This document shows, piece by piece, positions 28,001-36,400 of a DNA stretch of 64,000 nucleotides. The notes under the pieces were generated by a model. That model ran no database searches, was not told the origin of the DNA, and was given only the letters and a program-made list of their open reading frames with translations. How positions within the stretch are numbered: the first letter of the stretch is position 1; the number at the start of each line of letters is the position of its first letter. This DNA comes from Phoronis australis (taxonomy: Eukaryota > Animalia > Phoronida), in the NCBI GenBank assembly GCA_002633005.1, contig NMRA01000510.1:125438-189437 (forward strand). Reading direction: 5' to 3'. The translations under genes and the position numbers were made by a program.

Positions 28001-29861
28001 TGAATCTTTTTAAAACTTTTCAGCTAACATGACAACACTCAACCAAGAGTGTCTCCTAAATTTACACGTTAATGAGTTTGATAACCCAAAATCTGTAAGC
28101 AATTTATTTATTCAGGGATATTCCTGACCAAGTTTAATAAAAAGTGTGCCTTTTTTCAAAAAGTTGTTAGCAGCAGACTTTGTGTATTTAAAGTGGTAAC
28201 ATGTGAAACAGAAACCCCAATCGAAATATGAACAGAGTCATGTTCATGTGCAAGTTGCATTTTTATTCATAAATTCCGTACAAAAAGGTAATCAGACAAA
28301 AGACTTCAAACAGACTGTTCAGCTGTGGTGACATAAGAATACAGTATTTTTATGTAAAATCTGACATTCCAAATCAAAAAGCAGGCAATCTGATGAAGAC
28401 TTCAAGTGGCAGTGTTCTCCACGGCCTGTTTTAACTCGACGCTGTAACGAGTTTGGATTTTGCAGCGTCGAGTTTGGAAAATGCGCGTCGAGTTTAGAAA
28501 GTGCTGCATCAGGTTTGAACTTTTGTCCAGGCTTGGTATTTCAGCCCTCAACCCTAAAGCAGTGCCTGATTAACCAACATCAAGCCCAATACAGAACTTT
28601 AGAGGCAGTCAACACTATATGTATAACTTCGTAAGACACTACAAAAGTTTAAATTATAATTAACAAAATCTGCAAAAAACTTTAAATAACAAACATTTCA
28701 TGGAGTCACCTAGCTTGCTTAATTGAATGACTAATCTACTTAGTCATTCTAACTTTAAAATTTTGCAAGTCAACCTATAAAAAAGCAATTTAATTTGCTT
28801 AATAAAGACAATTTTGATTTTGACTGACATCTAGTGGCAAGTTAGAGAACTTTATGAGCTTATTAAACTTGACAACAGGTGTCACTAAAAACTAGGTCAC
28901 ATCAGAACTCATGTTAGTAGTACTTAATATGTCTAATTGATATTAAAATCGGCATTGGTATTATTAAAGGAACTTTTGATCTTTTGTTTGCTGCTCTTGG
29001 TCTGTCAAATGCTTTGGAGAAATTATGAGATGCATTGGTAGGAAAGCTAAACTTTGAAGTGTCTAAGAAGTAGGTCACACCAGTGCAGTGTGCAGTTTTA
29101 AACCATATATAAATACCTCCAGCATGACCATGGTTATGGGTAGACGCAAAACAATGTCAATAACTGACATTCAACATTTGCGTCGAGTTTGGAATTTATA
29201 ATGTGGAGAACACTGAGTGGTTAAGTTTGATCGAAAATAACTCTCCTCTTCCTATTCTGCCACATCTGGATGTCTATTTTTTAGATGTCCAAAAGTTCAA
29301 AGAAGACTTTTGTTGCAGCTGGAGCCGAGCAACGCATTGTCATTTGTAAACAGGAATGGCATTTTACGATAAAATATTGGAAAACCTAAACGGCGTGTTA
29401 ACTTGGTCTCATTGTAATGAAATATGTGACCTATATATATCATTACTCGACTGGCTATAAGTTGACTAGAATCTTGCATTTTTTGGAAGAGTGCTGCAAT
29501 GTAGTTGCGCTTTTTTAGTTTCTTTATGCGCTAATGGCACAAAGGCATGGGACAGGGATACATCCCTGTTTATTGAAGTGTCTGTTACGCTCAAAATACT
29601 GAGGAATTGCCTTTTTACGAGATACATAAGAGAGAAACACACTTGGAAAAATTTCATTCCACCAAGTACGCAGATAAGCAATAAAAACCGCAGCCTGGCA
29701 TGGCAATGCTGACAGTTTAAACTGTTGATTTTTGTTCGTACCTTGCCCATGTTTATCTCTTTAATGACGAACTGTTTCCCTGGCTGTTCTTTAGACCTGA
29801 CAAGGTAAGCTTTACCAAAGGAGCCTTCTCCAATCTTCTTCACTTTGGTGTATTTATCCAT
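4015..29861 (-). CDS. NEK1: NEK1-family (NIMA-related) Ser/Thr kinase, multi-exon gene, 3' end outside window
   Basis: 27 exons joined by GT-AG introns with consistent phases (2839 nt, ~946 codons, ends in phase 1). The kinase domain has GEGSFG, VIKE, HRDIKSQN, DFG and GTPYYLSPE. It is followed by NEK1-type coiled-coil motifs [27 protein letters not shown] and KEILKKLNE. Confidence 0.93.
5100..5217. mobile_element. Tiny MITE-like inverted repeat
   Basis: TAGGGAATAGAGTGGTTACC / GGTAACTACTCTATCCCTA. Confidence 0.5.
5562..5720 (-). CDS. NEK1: NEK1 exon 26 ([12 protein letters not shown]...[18 protein letters not shown]...)
   Basis: NEK1-like R..WG..P...L..L motif; phase 1/1. Confidence 0.8.
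6122..6269 (-). CDS. NEK1: NEK1 exon 25 ([11 protein letters not shown]...LEETASNME)
   Basis: Phase-consistent; aag|...|gtagg. Confidence 0.8.
6845..6896 (-). CDS. NEK1: NEK1 exon 24 ([17 protein letters not shown])
   Basis: NEK1-like EIL..LNE motif. Confidence 0.83.
7450..7557 (-). CDS. NEK1: NEK1 exon 23 ([21 protein letters not shown]...)
   Basis: Phase 2/2 exon; cag|...|gtaag. Confidence 0.78.
7790..7897. mobile_element. tRNA-related SINE fragment
   Basis: GGGACTCGAACCCACGACC and CTAGACCA are reverse complements of a B box (GGTTCGAGTCC) and an A-box start (TGGTCTAG); no cloverleaf. Confidence 0.5.
7975..8060. repeat. ~47-bp direct tandem duplication
   Basis: cagagaacaatgtaatacagcgctg(c/t)tgacctaactg occurs twice. 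Confidence 0.8.
8346..8522 (-). CDS. NEK1: NEK1 exon 22 with (QRAAP)n repeat
   Basis: Phase 2/2 exon; tag|...|gtatg. Confidence 0.8.
8417..8521. repeat. Coding 15-bp minisatellite ([10 protein letters not shown])
   Basis: Repeated gctctctgtggtgct-type units inside NEK1 exon 22. Confidence 0.85.
9320..9438 (-). CDS. NEK1: NEK1 exon 21 ([19 protein letters not shown]...)
   Basis: NEK1-like LKEQLE.KR motif; tag|...|gtgag. Confidence 0.9.
9816..9971 (-). CDS. NEK1: NEK1 exon 20 ([21 protein letters not shown]...RRKKIEALR)
   Basis: Hallmark NEK1 motif. Confidence 0.92.
10406..10489 (-). CDS. NEK1: NEK1 exon 19 ([28 protein letters not shown])
   Basis: Phase-0 exon; cag|...|gtaac. Confidence 0.8.
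11282..11390 (-). CDS. NEK1: NEK1 exon 18 ([36 protein letters not shown])
   Basis: Conserved NEK1 coiled-coil motif. Confidence 0.9.
12220..12337 (-). CDS. NEK1: NEK1 exon 17 ([20 protein letters not shown]...FAEEAR)
   Basis: Phase-consistent; cag|...|gtgag. Confidence 0.8.
12879..12993 (-). CDS. NEK1: NEK1 exon 16 ([25 protein letters not shown]...)
   Basis: NEK1-like Y..YHA..D motif; canonical splice sites. Confidence 0.85.
13557..13619 (-). CDS. NEK1: NEK1 exon 15 ([21 protein letters not shown]), possibly a cassette exon
   Basis: 63-nt phase-0 exon; cag|...|gtatg. Confidence 0.6.
15255..15320 (-). CDS. NEK1: NEK1 exon 14 ([22 protein letters not shown])
   Basis: 66-nt phase-0 exon; tag|...|gtatg. 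Confidence 0.72.
15664..15735 (-). CDS. NEK1: NEK1 exon 13 ([24 protein letters not shown])
   Basis: NEK1-like AREEGW motif; cag|...|gtaag. Confidence 0.85.
15762..17020 (-). mobile_element. HINE of the same family as 41317-43270
   Basis: acagggacatggcagagcgttgatatgcacccac matches the reverse complement of the 43237-43270 end; internal TGCCACTAGG repeats; 5' boundary approximate. Confidence 0.68.
17339..17434 (-). CDS. NEK1: NEK1 exon 12 ([32 protein letters not shown])
   Basis: Coiled-coil-like; tag|...|gtaag. Confidence 0.83.
17431..17612. repeat. 64-bp tandem repeat (~3 copies) containing the NEK1 exon 12 splice acceptor
   Basis: Units start at 17431, 17495 and 17559 (catcctaggcaatac..., third copy caacctgggcaattc...). 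Confidence 0.85.
18352..18439 (-). CDS. NEK1: NEK1 exon 11 ([16 protein letters not shown]...)
   Basis: Phase-consistent; cag|...|gtaag. Confidence 0.78.
18479..18516. repeat. (CA)n microsatellite
   Basis: Direct reading. Confidence 0.9.
19029..19152 (-). CDS. NEK1: NEK1 exon 10 ([28 protein letters not shown]...)
   Basis: Open frame, phases 1/2 fit the neighbours. Confidence 0.8.
19615..19708 (-). CDS. NEK1: NEK1 exon 9 ([15 protein letters not shown]...)
   Basis: EFSHT motif after the kinase domain; cag|...|gtatg. Confidence 0.85.
19878..20278. mobile_element. MITE (Harbinger-like GGCCC termini, CWG flanks)
   Basis: GGCCCGGTCTCCAATC..ACTCGAAATGGAACTCGAAA / TTTCGAGTCCGTTTCGAGT..GATTAGAGATCGGGCC; many internal CTCGA motifs. 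Confidence 0.75.
20588..20663 (-). CDS. NEK1: NEK1 exon 8 ([26 protein letters not shown])
   Basis: End of kinase domain (DRPS); tag|...|gttag. Confidence 0.88.
21111..21191 (-). CDS. NEK1: NEK1 exon 7 ([26 protein letters not shown])
   Basis: Subdomain X-XI; phase-consistent. Confidence 0.92.
22196..22270. repeat. (CAT/CAC/TAT)n trinucleotide microsatellite
   Basis: Direct reading. Confidence 0.8.
22351..22394 (-). CDS. NEK1: NEK1 exon 6 ([15 protein letters not shown])
   Basis: NEK1-typical peptide; canonical splice sites. Confidence 0.92.
22901..22955 (-). CDS. NEK1: NEK1 exon 5 ([19 protein letters not shown])
   Basis: Subdomain IX; cag|...|gtaag. Confidence 0.93.
23747..23901 (-). 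CDS. NEK1: NEK1 exon 4 ([51 protein letters not shown])
   Basis: DFG and activation loop; translated manually, not in the ORF track. Confidence 0.95.
24345..24484 (-). CDS. NEK1: NEK1 exon 3 (GDLYSKI...ILHRDIKSQ)
   Basis: HRD catalytic loop; cag|...|gtaa. Confidence 0.94.
25147..25207. repeat. (CA)n/(CACG)n microsatellite
   Basis: Direct reading. Confidence 0.9.
25394..25532 (-). CDS. NEK1: NEK1 exon 2 ([33 protein letters not shown]...MDFCDG)
   Basis: Kinase subdomains III-V; cag|...|gtatg. Confidence 0.93.
25896..27824. mobile_element. Non-autonomous TTAA-specific DNA transposon (Kolobok-type termini)
   Basis: TTAA|GGTAGGTGTATACAC ... GTGTATCCACCTACC|TTAA; no transposase ORF seen. Confidence 0.8.
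28410..29215. mobile_element. MITE, hAT-like CAGTG termini, 5-bp TSD
   Basis: TIR CAGTGTTCTCCAC / GTGGAGAACACTG; AGTGG on both flanks; subterminal GCGTCGAGTTT repeats. Confidence 0.78.
29742..29861 (-). CDS. NEK1: NEK1 coding exon 1 ([21 protein letters not shown]...KEINMGK)
   Basis: Gly-rich loop; AAG|GT donor. An alternative in-frame ATG lies at 29867. Confidence 0.92.
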
Positions 29862-29867
29862 GCCCAT

Positions 29868-30377
29868 GATTGCACAGAGGTCAGTTGCAGTGCTCAGCAC
29901 AGCGTATCACAAAGGAAAAATCCCGATTTCAAATGCCAATCAAATGACGGATTTAATTTGAATGGGAGGCTTATTTTTTCCGCCCTGACACTCAATACAA
30001 AACCTTCCAAATTACAACAATTTTATGTCGTGTGTCCTATGTCTTGTTCCTAGTTGGACTCAAACGGATAAGCACCAATTGTGGGCATTCGCTTGCAAAC
30101 GAGTTCAGTTTTAAACTCCGTTGGCAATGAAGCCGTTCTTCTTGACCGCCATATTCGAATATTGAGTCTCTAGAATGAGGAATCACATCTTTTTAGTTTC
30201 TTCAGTAAATAAATGAGCTGAAGTAAAAATGAGCCCAATGGTTCGATGGTTTAGCAAGAAATATTATACATTAAAAATAGTGTTTTAAAGTATTTGAACA
30301 AATGAAGGTAAGTAAATATTTGTTTTGTAATGTTGTGGTATTGTATTCAAGCACTTAGAGAAACTCCTTGTGGTAAA
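29868..30377. promoter_or_regulatory. Putative bidirectional promoter NEK1/NDUFA2
   Basis: About 510 bp separate the divergent start codons. A YY1-like CCGCCATATT lies at ~30146 and AAAATGGC overlaps the NDUFA2 ATG. Confidence 0.6.
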
Positions 30378-30469
30378 ATGGCTGCTGCCAGGAGCTTACG
30401 ATTTGTTCCTCAACTGAAAGAACTTCGCATCCATTTATGCCAAAAATCATCATCAAGCAAAGGTGTTAG
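30378..30469 (+). CDS. NDUFA2: NDUFA2 exon 1
   Basis: ATG...[10 protein letters not shown]...GV; AG|gtaaa donor. Confidence 0.94.
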
Positions 30470-33400
30470 GTAAACAAAATGTTCTCCATAACTCATAACT
30501 AGCTTGTCTTTAGCGAGGTTAATGAAATATTTAGTAAGTGTTCTAACTTCAGTGTGCTTCAGGGTTAAGGACAGTGTCTCACTGACTGACTGAGGTGTAG
30601 AAAATTTCGTGATGACCGGGACTTGAACCTGGGTTGCACGATCGACAGTCAAGCATCTAAACCATTCGGCCAAGAGGCAATTGCCACTTGGCAAGCGGCT
30701 TAGAGAGGCTTTATCTGACTGTACATGTCGTCACAACCAGAACTAAAGTCACGCTTCACAACACTATTCCCTCTTCCCACAATAGGCGCGCTGCCTGGCA
30801 TTTAGATCTCCGCAACACCCTAGCGTCCTGGAGTTCGACCTCAGCAATGCTCTCTTTGTGCTCTGAATCCACCAGTACCAGTTCGCCCCCTCTCCATCTG
30901 CCGCTTTTCGTCTCAGCCTCAGGGTTAATCGTGGATTTTTCCTTGCTTGGGCGCCAATGTAGAAAATTTCGTGATGACCGGGACTTGAACCCGGGTTTCA
31001 CGAGCGACAGTCAAGCATCTAAACCATTCGAACAAGTGACAATTGCCGCTTGGCTTGACTGTCGCTCGTGCAACCCGGGTTCAAGCCTCGTGGGAGACGG
31101 AAATTTTCTACGACTGTTTCTACTCTAGCTGCAGTGGAGCTCCTGTAGGAGCTTCATACGCCGGAAGCTTTTAATCGGTCTATATCCACATCACCTTGTA
31201 TACTGTCGATCTCACTTCGCCGAGAGGTGTCGCGTTAACCTGTGAGGAAGGTGAGAAACGACTCAGCGACGTCAGTGGTTCTTCTGCAGAGTGAGTGCCG
31301 CTATGGAGTGGTGTATCGTTTCCGCTTGTGCGAACTATGAAGCTACGAGGAAAGCAGGTATATCGTTTTTTCGATTTGCTCGAGAGCACATAATGCTTCG
31401 GAAGTGGTTCGCGGTAGTGAAGAATGAAAAGTACGCCGTAATACCAATTAAGTATGAGGTCGTGAAACTTCTCCGTGTCTGTGGCTGGCATTTTGTCTAT
31501 AGTGATTTCACTGATGATCGAATGCTGGCTTACTAAACAGCTCATGCCGGGGCAGAGAAAGAGACTGAGTATGAAGTCAGATGTTGTGCCTAGTGTGTTT
31601 GGGTTCGGTAGGCAGAAGACAGAACAACGCGGATTGATTGTTGCTCAGTTTTTGATTATGGAGAATTGTAGGTGGCCATGGAAACATAAACAATTACAAT
31701 TAATTCAAGGCATAAGAACATAAGGTTTTATATAACCTGTTTTATGACTTACTCGTTTGTCAGGCTTCTGTTTGGACCTCTGGGTGTAGGATGTTTGGCC
31801 AGTTCTTTTTCCCAGTCCCAGAAAGGTCGTAAGGGCTGTTCCAGTAAAATCTGTATGGGAGGGGAGGAAGGCACCTTTTTTTCGCACCCACCACCCATAT
31901 TTTTCATTTATTTCTTCAGCCTACCACCCGTAATTTTTTATAAGTTTGAAATGCAACCACCCTTTTTTTTTTTTGTTCTTGTGGTTGACTGCACAGGTGC
32001 TTGAGTTTATCTGTTCCTCCATCACAACTAACGTCATTCATTACTAAGAAAACATATGTTTCTTATATATGATTATTAGTCATCGAGAAATTCGAGCACC
32101 TGTGGTTAAATGGTGTTATGGGCATGCCGATGAGGAGATCGGAGGGAGTGAAAAAGTCGGAGCTCTTTGCAAGTTGCATTTTTGTTTCAGTTTTTGATTC
32201 TGTGCAGATTGTTTATAAAATTTACTAAAATTACCCACCATCAAACATTTATGGCCCAATGAAACAACAACGACCTGTAAATTTTAATTTTTTTGAAGTA
32301 CGACCACCAGCCATTTTGAATTTAAGTCAAACGCAACCACCCATAAATTTTTATTTCAGTTGTGTTCCCCCCTCCCACACAGATTTTGCTGGAACAGCCC
32401 TAAGCAGACTTCTGTTTAGATACGGTGCAAAATCAGGATGGTCCGTGAGACACATCTACGCTTCTCCAAGAAGGCGTTTCACTTGCGGAATTTTGTAGCA
32501 GCAAATGCAAGCGTCAGTTGTTTCCATTATCGTGCAGTTAGCACACTGACACCATGACAAATTATTCAAATGGTTTTCGGAACTATCCATATGTTTCCAC
32601 GGCGCTTCTCTTGTATTTCTTGATCAGTGAATTCTGGTTCGAATGGATAGTTTCTGAAACCTAACGATCGATCTGTGAAGTCTTCGTCGGATGAGCACTC
32701 ATCTAAGTCGGGATTGTGAGTTGCCACGGTTGACGTTTATTATTGTGCGCTATGTTTCAAAATGAATTATTCTCACCTAAGCAATGCTTTTATAAAACTG
32801 AAACAAGGATGCAATAAACTAATTGACCGGGCACCTTCATACCGTGAATAATACGCTTACAAGGAAGTCACGCATTTCTAAGGATATGCGGGAATTTTCA
32901 CCGCTCATCCTTCTGAGTGGCTTGTACCAGGATCAAAGACCGCACGGCACCGGAATCAGGTACAGTTGTGATGACCGCATTGCCCAATGCGAGCAAGACC
33001 CAATTAAATGTAATTATCCGACCATAAACTGTATTAAATATCTCTGACTGTACATAATGACGAATTTTCAAAATGCATTAACCACTAATTTTCGTTATAA
33101 ATGAACACCACGGCAGTATTCAGCTTGAAAAAAAAAATAACTAAGTATGGTTTTGATTTTTAAAAATCGGTGAACTAATAATCTAAAAGCTACAACCATT
33201 GGATACAATTGAAGGTAAACTACGATGGGTATTGATATACCCGGTGGATATACAAACACTGATTAGAGTTAACAATATCATATGGATTCAGTTTTTAATA
33301 TTCTTTCAGTCTCGTTTAACCAGATTTTTGACCAAGAAACAGTTGTTGTGCCCACTTTTCATTTTTTATTACTGACAAAAAGCTAGAATAGTTATATAGT

Positions 33401-36400
33401 CAGTACCACCGAAACTGTCCAGAGATTCCAAATCTTCAGTTTGGTTATCACCATATTTGCACTTTTGGATATATTTTAAGATTAAACTTTAATGACACAT
33501 GAAATGTTTAGTGTACCTGTAATTTGGTAAGTTTAGAGATGGTTCACAATGAATTTAACTAATTAAGTTTAGCTGGTGATCAAAATCTACCACTGTTTTG
33601 GTACTTCAAGTTTAAAACTTAGATAAAAAGTTATCAACTCGTTCCCGGTAAGAAAAAAAAACTAGTGGGCAGAAGCATTAAAAATTTAATAAAGAAAACC
33701 AATATAAAACTTATCGTTCCTTTGTGAAGTGGCCCTTTGTGAAGATAAACACAAGTTAACGTTTTTAGTCATTTTGTAGTATTTATAATGTACCAAGTTA
33801 AAACTACTCTCCAGAGTTGCAGGCTATAACTCTGCAAATGTTAGATAAAACCAAATTGGGGATACTAACAACAACCATTGTTGAGACAGAAATGCTAGCA
33901 ATTACCTTTCCACTTCATTAGCTCAGATCTACATCAATACAAAGGGCGTGCTGAATAGACATCCTAAAAGTTGTCTGGGGCTTAGGGAATCAGAGCTGTC
34001 ACCAGTGTAAGCGACATGTTGGCCATGTGAGCGCATACTAATTCAGTGTTTGCTGACAGGAAGCTGTTGTGAAACAATATCTTGATTGTATATCCTATAG
34101 TCAGATATTAGGGGAATCTTTATTTATATATTCATATACATTGTTCTAATCATTGTTACTGTGCAACTTTTGCACTGACGGTTTTGCTGCGGAAGGGTAA
34201 CCTGACTTCGCGGCCCCCGATGAGCTAGTAAGTAGATTTGCAGTTTTGCGACTAATTCACCAAAATAATCACATCCACATTATTTCTTTGGCTCACTAGT
34301 GTAGTCTTTTCGTGACTGGAAGTTTAGTTTCTAACTTTGGCTGGTTTATGTTCGTGATGTCTTCAGGCCGACCGCGACGGGTCTGATCGGGTTCTGAGCC
34401 ACTGGCCGGGATAACAAGCGTTTTTGTGTGTTTAGAACTGAAAAAAATCTAAAATTGCAACACACAGGTATGTTCCCCTGTCTGTATTTCACAGACAAAT
34501 AATTTGAATTTATCACCGAACAGGGCCCAAAATTTCCGCGACCGACTTTGATAAATTGGCCTATCGAACTTTTTAGGCTACAGTACGTTCCAATACCTAT
34601 AAATCCATAACAGCGAAATAAAACAACTCATTTGTTCAATAACTCGATGTATTTGTAAGGAATTTACATCGTATTTTGTTGATTTTTTGGTGTAAAACAA
34701 TGAATTCAACGGATAAGCTGACACCAGTAAGTGTGTTGTGAACTGCTGAACAGACTGCGTTCGAACCTCTGACGTCAGTGGTTTATTTCAACACCTACGT
34801 TTGCCGTCTTGTGTCAGGTAAAAGAACCGTACTTGCTGCTATCGAGTGGAACTACTCGATCTAAATTGATACAAAATAGCTTGGTTTTGGGGTGGCATTC
34901 TCCCTTAAGGAGGAGTTCAGGTAATTTGTTGAGTCGAAACTGTATTTTTTACTCAAGAATTTAAGTTGCCTTATCGACGATCGCGAGGCAGCAACGCATC
35001 AGTCAGCAAGTTTTCGTCATGACATTTCAGCACATTTTTTAAAATTAAGATCGTATTATAATTTAACAACAATGTTTGGTAGAAATGCACCACAGTTTTG
35101 TAGAAAGTCTGTCATAGGGTACAGATACGTCACAGCTCGTAAAGTTTATTTCATCGGTTGTCGGAGACCGGGTTTCAAGCACACCCCCCCCCCTTTCAAA
35201 ATGAACTTTTCTATGCACCCTGGGCGAATACGGTAGCTCTAATAGATGGTAATATCAACGCACGAAACGATGATTTTTATTGATCCTGGCAGCAAGTTTG
35301 TGGTGACTGACACAAACTGCCGGGCGACAGAATTTCGGGCTGGGCGAGTAGATTTTCTGGCTCACTGACCCAGCTGGCGAGCAGGGTTTTGAAACCAGGG
35401 TGTATCCCTGAAACATCACATGCTGCTTGCAATAAGCCCTCAGCATCCAACTTGTACAGGAAGACAGAAGTACTTCTAACCATTTGCTGCACATTCCTGC
35501 GATAGATCCTCTCGTGAGCCTCCTGCACTCTAGTCTCCTAGGGCACAGTTAACTCTATCAGAATCATTACTTTCTTGCTGTCTGACCACAACACTATGTC
35601 TGGTCTCAACTGGGTAACTGCCACCACAATTTTAAAGTCAGCTGCCATTCCTAGAACACCAGAGACATATTTCCTTGTGGATCTTTCGCCTTTTTAGAAC
35701 TGGATGAATCCCTTGTCTGAGTGAGTCACCTTTTCCCTTCTCTTTAGATCTAAAACATGTGCTATACACTTCAAAATCATGTCATGGCGCCATGTGTAGT
35801 TTTCTGAAGCGAGAGCTTCTTTGCACCTGGATAGAACGTGTTCATATGTACAGTGCTTGCCACAGCCCCTTTAGCTATCATCCTCAGTCATGCCTCATGT
35901 TCGAAGATTGACTGGTGTTAGAAGAGTGCCGCATATGCAGCCAAGTAGAAAACCCAGTCTGAATTGGTCTGAAGACTGAAGATCTTTACCAGTTGTGGAG
36001 CGATCTTATGCGTTATGTAGGCATGTTGCCATCTAGTTGTGGAGTGTTGATTTAATGGAACCCGTATGTTGAACCAGGCATGTCGACTTTACTTCATTTG
36101 TGCTCGCGCTGTCACGGACAGTAAATGCTCATGCTGTCTCGTACAGTACCAAACATAACATGTTGTCAGGATCCAGGAATTGAACCTCGTCTCAGGGAAA
36201 TTTGTGTTTCAGTCAAGAATTGACTGTGTCACTGTAAGAGCTGTGAACATTTTGCTATTAACGTTTGTGAAAATTCTAAAAAGTAACTGAAATCACAGTA
36301 AGGATTATCATGGGACTGATTTTTGGAGAGTAAAAGGCCTAATTTGATTTTTTTTTTTTTTTTAGTTGGGCTAAACGGGGTCAAATGCAGCCTTAACTAT

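Noticed and set aside
30040-30135. RFX X-box for the ciliary gene NEK1
   Set aside because: Only partial half-site-like matches (e.g. GTTGGCAAT); no convincing palindromic X-box.
30609-30678. Functional tRNA-Asp gene
   Set aside because: A and B boxes are present, but the acceptor and anticodon stems do not pair properly, and the sequence lies inside an LTR-like repeat.
30688-31128. 146-aa and 81-aa ORFs over the TRIM
   Set aside because: No gag/pol motifs; chance ORFs in GC-richer repeat sequence.
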